From the NCBI GenBank assembly GCA_965204115.1, contig OZ241963.1, forward strand, positions 233,293 through 297,292: DNA of 64,000 bases, read 5' to 3'. The stretch comes from Minisyncoccota bacterium. Its GTDB lineage: Bacteria; Patescibacteriota; Minisyncoccia; Phycocordibacterales; JABAAK01. The position numbers were made by a program, and so were the translations under genes. The notes below the pieces were generated by a model that was not told the DNA's origin, did no database searches, and saw only the letters and a program-made list of their open reading frames with translations. Below, in pieces: positions 57,532 to 64,000 of this stretch (within the stretch, counting starts at the first letter, position 1; each line of letters begins with the position of its first letter).

Positions 57532-59304
57532 ATGCGCATTAGCACAATGAAAAAGTCATTCATAGCATTTCGCCCATACCCGGGCATGTACAAAAAAGTA
57601 CCGCCGTCAGACGCCTGCCTGTTGCTCATTTTAATGAGCGTTCTTTTTGTGCAGATTGTGTTTCTTCTCACCGCTCTTAACAAAACTTTTTTGCATGAGT
57701 CAACAGTGCGTCGCGGAGAAATTAATGAGGGCGTTGTCGGTGTGCCGGTATACAAAAATCCTCTCTATGCGGATAACGCCGCTGAAAAAGATATCGCGGC
57801 ATTGATGCACGCCGGATTACTGAAGCGCACTATCGCCGGCGACTTCATGCCGCACCTTGCAAAAACATGGAAGCAGGCAAGCCCGACTAAGTACACATTT
57901 ACCCTGAGAGAAAATATTTCGTTTCACGACGGTTCCCTTATCACGACAGCGGATGTTCTGTACACCATTGATATGATTCAGCGAGAACAAAAATACAAAA
58001 ACTATTATCACGAAGCATGGGAAGGGGTGACTGTGGAAGCTGTGGATGATATCACCCTTTCGGTCACCATTCCGGAGGACAACCTCCACTTCCCCGAACA
58101 GTTCACTGCCCCAATTCTTCCTGAACATATTTGGAAAAAAATACCGACCGACAAGCAGCGCAACTATAACGGCTCAGGTGTGCACATCGGCGCGGGGCCG
58201 TATAAGTATAGCCGGGAGACGATAACGCTGGATGAGCGTCCGACAAATATAACTCTTGAAGAATTTTCCGGTTATGTCCTCGGCAGGCCATTTATCAAAA
58301 AAATCACCCTTCATTTTTTTGTTGATGTTGTCAACCTCTTGCAGGCGTATCAGGTCGGTATTATTGACAGTGTCTACGGCATTGCCGGCGGCGAGGCGGC
58401 GACCCTGCTGAAGCAGAAGAGAGAAGAGCGAATTAAGCTGCACACCATTAACACCAACCGTGTCTTTGGTGTATTTTTCAATGCTGAAGACGGTCGTATC
58501 CTGCAGGACTCTTTTCTTCGCAGTATTCTTTCTCACCTGGTTAAGCGTGAATATATTACCACGCAGATATTTAATGCTCACGCCACGCCAATACAGCACC
58601 CACTCCCGGCTGATACTGACATAAAAGAGCAGGACATAACGCCGGAAGTCATTAACCAGACACTGGATGACATTGGTTGGGATTTTGAATCCGCCGCCGG
58701 TCGCCGTGAGCAGGATGGTGTTCCGCTCAAAATTTTATTTGTCATTCCGGATATCAAAGAGGCGCGGGACATAGCAGACACCCTCAGCAAAGGGTGGCAG
58801 CGGCTTGGTATTGCAGTCACTATACAAGCTGTTCCGGAAGAAGACATCCCTGAAACTATTCAAGCGAAGAAGTTTGATGCGATACTCTATGGCTATGAAG
58901 CGAATACTGCGAAAGATTTGGTTGCACTGTGGAAATCCGGCGATCGCGAAAACCTCGCGTCAATCACCAGTTTCGGCAGCCCGACTCTTAATAACCTCCT
59001 TACTGATTTAGAGCAAATAGTCCCGCCAGACCGCCTTATTGAGCAGTTATCCCAGCCCTCTGATGACATTTGGCAAAATATAGTGTATGATGCTATTAAG
59101 GTAGAGATGATGAAAAATGTTCCGGCAATTTTCCTTTATTCGCCTCACTTTCTCTATATACTGCCCGAGAGTGTCAGTGGAGTAGGGCTGCAAAAAGAAC
59201 AGCAACCTCTCGGTAGAATAACAGACCCGAGTGACAGATTTATAAATGTGCATAAATGGCATATGCAGCAGGAGAAGGTTTGGAGACCCTTCATTGAGAA
59301 TTAA
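57532..59304 (+). CDS. ABC peptide/nickel-type substrate-binding protein (family 5)
   Basis: EGVVG...NPL, FHDG...TADVLYT, IGAGPYK; start position uncertain. Confidence 0.85.
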   Translation: MRISTMKKSFIAFRPYPGMYKKVPPSDACLLLILMSVLFVQIVFLLTALNKTFLHESTVRRGEINEGVVGVPVYKNPLYADNAAEKDIAALMHAGLLKRTIAGDFMPHLAKTWKQASPTKYTFTLRENISFHDGSLITTADVLYTIDMIQREQKYKNYYHEAWEGVTVEAVDDITLSVTIPEDNLHFPEQFTAPILPEHIWKKIPTDKQRNYNGSGVHIGAGPYKYSRETITLDERPTNITLEEFSGYVLGRPFIKKITLHFFVDVVNLLQAYQVGIIDSVYGIAGGEAATLLKQKREERIKLHTINTNRVFGVFFNAEDGRILQDSFLRSILSHLVKREYITTQIFNAHATPIQHPLPADTDIKEQDITPEVINQTLDDIGWDFESAAGRREQDGVPLKILFVIPDIKEARDIADTLSKGWQRLGIAVTIQAVPEEDIPETIQAKKFDAILYGYEANTAKDLVALWKSGDRENLASITSFGSPTLNNLLTDLEQIVPPDRLIEQLSQPSDDIWQNIVYDAIKVEMMKNVPAIFLYSPHFLYILPESVSGVGLQKEQQPLGRITDPSDRFINVHKWHMQQEKVWRPFIEN

Positions 59305-59313
59305 TGAACGAGT

Positions 59314-61095
59314 ATGGCAATACAAAAAAGAAACTATAAACGATCACAGCAAACACGATCAAGAGGCAAAACAGCTTCTGTAAAAAAACCAAAAAAAGTA
59401 TTTATTCCGAAACCGAGCAGAGGTGAGATTCGCACGCTTATATTCGGCGGCATATCAGAAATCGGTAAAAATATGTACGCTATTGAGTACAACAACAATA
59501 TCATTATATTGGAGTGCGGCACCATGTTCGGCGAGCGCAGTACCCCGGGTATTAGTGCGATTATGCCGAATATCCAATACCTCAAAAACAGAAAGCAGGA
59601 TGTTAAGGCGCTCATTGTCACCGACGCTTCAATGAAGCACATCGGTGCTATTCCTTATGCTATTCAGGATGTGGGCAGTCCGACTATATATACCAGAAAG
59701 CTCACTAAGGCGATTATAGAGAACCACCAAAAAACTCTCCGCAAAAAGCCGACTACAACATTCCATGAAGTTGAGGAAGCGGAGTCAGTTACTATCAACG
59801 ATGAAATCACGCTTCACTTCTTTGGTGTCACCAATGATGCGCCGAGTACTCTCGGTGTTCTTATAGAGACCCCTGTTGGCTGCATCGCCTACACCGGCAA
59901 CCTGAAGGTGAGCCACAATAAAGAGGTCATTCGCGCTGAAGAGGAGAAAGTGTTCAAAGCGGCGAAAGAGAAGGAGGTTGTTCTCTCTCTTGCTGACTCC
60001 GTCGGCTCAGAGCGCCCCGGCTTTGCTATCACTGACCAGGAGATCGCTGAAGAAATTGAACAGATGATACAAGAGGCGCCGTACCGCGTTATGACCTCTC
60101 TCTTCCCTTCCCAGATAAAAAGGAACGCGATGATACTGGAAAAAGCTCTCAAAGCCGGCAAGAAGACCTATATAGAAGGCGCACTTCTGTTGGAAAACCT
60201 CCAGACCGCCTGTGACCTCGGGATCGTGCAAGTGCCGAGAGAAGTGCTCATTCCCATACAGGAGATGAAAAAGGAGGAGGATGACGCTGAAAAAGTATTC
60301 ATCGCTTTTACCGCTGAAGAGAATGAAATCTGTGAAGCATTAGAGAGCATCTCTCGGGAAAGTTATCGATATACCTCCGTCATCACGAAAGATACTGTCA
60401 TATTTCCCTCACCGATGATTCCCGCGAATGCGCAGGCAATACAAAATCTCAAAGACCGTCTCTCTCGCCTCGGTGCGATAACCCGCTCGTATGACACAAG
60501 CGATGTCAGGGGCAGCGGACATGCTAACAAGAGCGAGCTCCGCTGGATGCACCAGCTCCTTGACGCGACATTCTTCATTCCTTTGCAGGGCTATCACTAT
60601 ATGCTTAATGCGCACACGCACATCCTTCGTGAACTTGGTATGGCACAGGACTCATTCGTTATACCTGAAAATGGTGTCATAATAGATATTAGCCCTGACG
60701 GTAAGGTCATCAAAAAACAAAAACAGCGGATGGAGACAACTGCAGTATCTGTTGACGGGCACACCCTCGCCCCGATACAGGAGGTTGTGGTGCAGGATCG
60801 TAATACACTTTCACAGGAAGGTATATTTATCATCATTGTCTTTGTTGACCGTAAAACACTTGAAGTTAAAAAATCCCCTGATATTATCTCTCGCGGTTTT
60901 ATATACTTGCGGGAATCACAGGACCTCATCGCGCGTGTCCGCATTGTCATTAAAAAAGCCGCTGAAAAAGAAATGAAAGAGACCGGTAAAATAGAAATTG
61001 ATAAAATGAAGAAAGCAATACAGAAAGAAGTGCAGACCTTTTTGGTGAATGAGACCAACAAACGACCGATTATTGTTCCGGTTATATTCACCTAA
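59314..61095 (+). CDS. rnj: ribonuclease J paralog, probably catalytically degenerate
   Basis: GGISEIGKNM, SGHA, PDIISRGF; HxHxDH replaced by DASMKH. Confidence 0.85.
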   Translation: MAIQKRNYKRSQQTRSRGKTASVKKPKKVFIPKPSRGEIRTLIFGGISEIGKNMYAIEYNNNIIILECGTMFGERSTPGISAIMPNIQYLKNRKQDVKALIVTDASMKHIGAIPYAIQDVGSPTIYTRKLTKAIIENHQKTLRKKPTTTFHEVEEAESVTINDEITLHFFGVTNDAPSTLGVLIETPVGCIAYTGNLKVSHNKEVIRAEEEKVFKAAKEKEVVLSLADSVGSERPGFAITDQEIAEEIEQMIQEAPYRVMTSLFPSQIKRNAMILEKALKAGKKTYIEGALLLENLQTACDLGIVQVPREVLIPIQEMKKEEDDAEKVFIAFTAEENEICEALESISRESYRYTSVITKDTVIFPSPMIPANAQAIQNLKDRLSRLGAITRSYDTSDVRGSGHANKSELRWMHQLLDATFFIPLQGYHYMLNAHTHILRELGMAQDSFVIPENGVIIDISPDGKVIKKQKQRMETTAVSVDGHTLAPIQEVVVQDRNTLSQEGIFIIIVFVDRKTLEVKKSPDIISRGFIYLRESQDLIARVRIVIKKAAEKEMKETGKIEIDKMKKAIQKEVQTFLVNETNKRPIIVPVIFT

Positions 61096-61112
61096 ATACA
61101 TTTACACTGCTT

Positions 61113-63044
61113 ATGCCAGAAAAAAGAAAAGTTACAACAAAAAAAACAATAGAGCGTACCGATAAGGATGCGGTCAATAAGAGTAAAAGTGCTCCTGCAA
61201 AAAAGAGTGCGTCAAAAAAAGCGACGAAGAAGCGACCGGATGCGCCGAAGAAAAAGGTGCCGTCAGGGCTCTATCAAAAACCCCTTCGCCGTCAGGGCGG
61301 ACTCATCGGCTCTCGAGAACTCACCGGCGGATTTGATGCTGAATCAACCTTGAATATACCACGACAAGAAAAAGGAGCCATCCGTGTTCTCTTCTTTGGC
61401 GGTGTCGGAGAAATCGGTAAAAATATGTACGGGATTGAGTATGAGGATGAGATCGTGCTCCTGGACTGTGGCATGAAATTTGCCCAGAACGACACTCCCG
61501 GCATTGACTTTATTGTTCCGAATATTCAATACCTTGAAGAACGGAAAGAGAAAATAAAAGGGCTTGTTATCTCTCACGCCCACCTTGATCACATCGGCGG
61601 TATTTCAGTTGTTATGAACAGGATCGGCAACCCGCCGATTTTCTCCCGCAAACTCAGCATAGAACTTATCAGGAATAGGCAGGGCGAATTTGAAAACAAA
61701 GAGGCGATTAAGTACCATGAGGTGGAGAAGAGTACTGTACTGAAGCTTAGCGATAATCTCACCCTCACCTTTTTCTCTGTTACGCACACCATCCCCGACT
61801 CAATGGGTATTGTTATAGACACCCCTGTCGGCGCGATTATCTTTACCGGTGATCTCAAGCTTACTCACGAAGATGGTGTTGTCGGCCCTGAAGAGGTTAA
61901 AGAATTTGCCGCGATTAAAAAGAAAAATGTTCTCTTAACGATGGCAGATTCAACCAATGCGGAACGCCCCGGCTTTTCCCTTCCGGAAAAGCGTGTGGTG
62001 GAAACCATCGGTAAAATAATTAAAGAAACCAAAGGCAGGGTTATCCTTTCCGCGTTTTCAACGCAGATAGAGCGCACCATCAGAGTTATTGAGCATGCCA
62101 TTGAAAATGGCAGAAAGGTAATTGTGCAGGGCAGGTCAATGATTACTAATCTTACCATCGCCTCGGAGTTGGGGCTTCTTAAAATACCACTCACTGCGAT
62201 TATCCCGGCTGAAAAAATGGGAGATTACCCGAAGGAGAAACTTCTCGTCCTTGCAACCGGCGCTCAGGGAGATAATTTTACCGCGATGGACAGGATGTCT
62301 CGCGGCACCCACCGGCATATTAAACTGGACAGTAAAGATACCGTTGTCTTTTCCTCCTCGATTATTCCCGGCAATGAAGAGCCCGTACAAAACCTCAAAG
62401 ACCGCCTTTCCAAACTCGGCGTGGATCTTATCACCTACCAAACAAGTGATGTCCATTCCAGCGGACATGCTAACCGTGATGAGCTTAAATGGATTCACGA
62501 AAACATCGGCGCAAAATTTTTCACCCCTATCCATGGTTACCACTTTATGCTCTCTGCGCATGCCCAAATTCTTCGCGATATCGGTATGCCTGAAGAAAAT
62601 ATCATTATTCCCAACAATGGCTCCATTGTGGATATTAATCCTGATGGGTCAGCAATTACTATGCAGGAGTACACCATGCCCACAGAGGTTATTGTTGTGG
62701 ATGGTAACGCCGTCGGAACTGCGCAAGCCGTTGTTCTTAACGATCGCATAACCCTTAAAGAAGAAGGTATTTTCGTTGTTATTGTTCTTATCAACAAGCG
62801 GCTTAAAAAAGTTAAAAAATCTCCCGATATTATATCCCGTGGCTTTGTCTATCTTAAAGAATCTCAACAGCTTATTAATCGTTCCCGTATGATTGCTCGT
62901 CGCTCTGTAGATCAATCTCTTCGTCGTGGCAGAATGATAAACCTTGACGCAATAAAACGAAACCTCATTCGCGAAACCCAAAATTATCTCTATAACGAAA
63001 CGAAAAAACGCCCGATCATCGTCCCTGTCCTCTTTGTTTCTTAG
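61113..63044 (+). CDS. rnj: ribonuclease J
   Basis: GGVGEIGKNM, HAHLDH, THTIPD, TGDLK, HSSGH, PIHG. Confidence 0.93.
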   Translation: MPEKRKVTTKKTIERTDKDAVNKSKSAPAKKSASKKATKKRPDAPKKKVPSGLYQKPLRRQGGLIGSRELTGGFDAESTLNIPRQEKGAIRVLFFGGVGEIGKNMYGIEYEDEIVLLDCGMKFAQNDTPGIDFIVPNIQYLEERKEKIKGLVISHAHLDHIGGISVVMNRIGNPPIFSRKLSIELIRNRQGEFENKEAIKYHEVEKSTVLKLSDNLTLTFFSVTHTIPDSMGIVIDTPVGAIIFTGDLKLTHEDGVVGPEEVKEFAAIKKKNVLLTMADSTNAERPGFSLPEKRVVETIGKIIKETKGRVILSAFSTQIERTIRVIEHAIENGRKVIVQGRSMITNLTIASELGLLKIPLTAIIPAEKMGDYPKEKLLVLATGAQGDNFTAMDRMSRGTHRHIKLDSKDTVVFSSSIIPGNEEPVQNLKDRLSKLGVDLITYQTSDVHSSGHANRDELKWIHENIGAKFFTPIHGYHFMLSAHAQILRDIGMPEENIIIPNNGSIVDINPDGSAITMQEYTMPTEVIVVDGNAVGTAQAVVLNDRITLKEEGIFVVIVLINKRLKKVKKSPDIISRGFVYLKESQQLINRSRMIARRSVDQSLRRGRMINLDAIKRNLIRETQNYLYNETKKRPIIVPVLFVS

Positions 63045-63074
63045 TTGCGTGTGCTGTTGCTTGATCTCATTGCG

Positions 63075-63902
63075 CTATGAGCAGCCATTTCCGGAATCTT
63101 TCGCCCGAAATCCGATCAGTCCGGTTCGAAATACATCAATGCTCCGTAAATGCCCTTTTTCTGTAATGAACACTATCCGCACTCCTTCGTATACGCTTGA
63201 CATCCGCGCTGATGCCCCATTCGGCTCTGTGTTTTTGTATTGAGAGGTCTCCTTGTTCCCCGAAATGGTGACTGGCACGACATTTGCGTGCACCTCTCGG
63301 GACGGCTGTTCAATAGAAAGATGAATATCAAAATTATTCTGCGCTGTTTGTGCTGCGTTATACCCTGCTGCCGTCGGGTTTGGCACACTACAGAGCATGG
63401 AGTCAGCCGTACACGCTGTATCATTGTTTACCGTCAGTTGCTTTCGTGTATATCGCGACGCGCCCTCTTCATCAATGAAGCATACATCAACATAGTATTG
63501 CTCAGATGACCCCAGTCGCACTTGTCGTGAGTCCGGCACGACAGAATCACGCCCAAGCGCAAAAACTTCCCCTTCCGCAAAACTCGTGAATACTCCCGGC
63601 GCCTTCTCCAGCCGAAAAAGATCTACCACCCCATTACGCACTTTTAGTCGTACCACCTGAAATCCCCCCGCTGATACTATTGCGCTTCTTGAAAGATTTT
63701 CTGCTGCTCCCGATGATTCCTGCGCAAACCGAATATACTCTCCTACTTCTGCTATCCGCACTCGCAGTAACGACCGACTGGTGAAAGTTCCGTAATTAAT
63801 AAACACCGTCCCGATAATAATCCCCATAATAGCAATAGAAACTACCACTTCCATGAGCGTAAATCCGCTATGATTAAAAGGGGAAAGGTGCGCAGTTCGC
63901 AT
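63075..63902 (-). CDS. prepilin-type N-terminal cleavage/methylation domain protein
   Basis: GFTLMEVVVSIAIMGII type IV pilin-like N-terminus. Confidence 0.85.
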   Translation of the reverse strand: MRTAHLSPFNHSGFTLMEVVVSIAIMGIIIGTVFINYGTFTSRSLLRVRIAEVGEYIRFAQESSGAAENLSRSAIVSAGGFQVVRLKVRNGVVDLFRLEKAPGVFTSFAEGEVFALGRDSVVPDSRQVRLGSSEQYYVDVCFIDEEGASRYTRKQLTVNNDTACTADSMLCSVPNPTAAGYNAAQTAQNNFDIHLSIEQPSREVHANVVPVTISGNKETSQYKNTEPNGASARMSSVYEGVRIVFITEKGHLRSIDVFRTGLIGFRAKDSGNGCS

Positions 63903-64000
63903 ATATTCTTTATTATACGCTACCCTTGTTTCACCCAAGCGTCATGCATGCCACTTGTACTACGATGTTCGCAGGAAGGAGTGCTCGGCGATTATGCCGA

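Noticed and set aside
10019-63509. Numerous antisense or overlapping short ORFs in the supplied track
   Set aside because: They are shadow ORFs of long, motif-supported genes and have no independent evidence.
1-64000. Alternative genetic code (TGA as Gly) or rRNA genes
   Set aside because: Conserved genes are full length under code 11 and several end in TGA; no rRNA-like sequence was seen.

Overview
Bacterial chromosomal segment, most consistent with a Patescibacteria/CPR (Parcubacteria-like) genome using the standard code. Support for this comes from CPR-style pilin-like genes, a stand-alone VirD4/TraD-like ATPase, a degenerate HisRS paralog, a short IF-2 and the near absence of biosynthetic genes. 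The first ~8.5 kb is an AT-rich accessory/defence island: ImmA/IrrE peptidase, PD-(D/E)xK nuclease with a possibly capsid-fold partner, DUF262-HNH, EcoRI-family MTase and SMUG2-like glycosylase. The rest is core genes (recO, ileS, rsmI, rpmG, clpB, infB, rbfA, gyrA, rpsA, pth, lepB, rpsU, ybeY, ftsA, ftsZ, trxB, PIF1-like helicase, rpoD, secG, two rnj), seven intact tRNAs, and self-contained orphan secreted/membrane gene cassettes. The most striking unexplained structure is a non-coding array upstream of rpoD (about 55970-56610). It has ~60-nt tandem units with two to three hairpins each, G-U wobbles that indicate minus-strand transcription, and its own terminator. Other highlights are a ~460-nt structured RNA in front of an amidase inserted in a pilin array, and two ~130-bp tRNA 3'-end duplications with similar spacer architecture. 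Product calls come from motif recognition by eye; no searches or folding programs were run.
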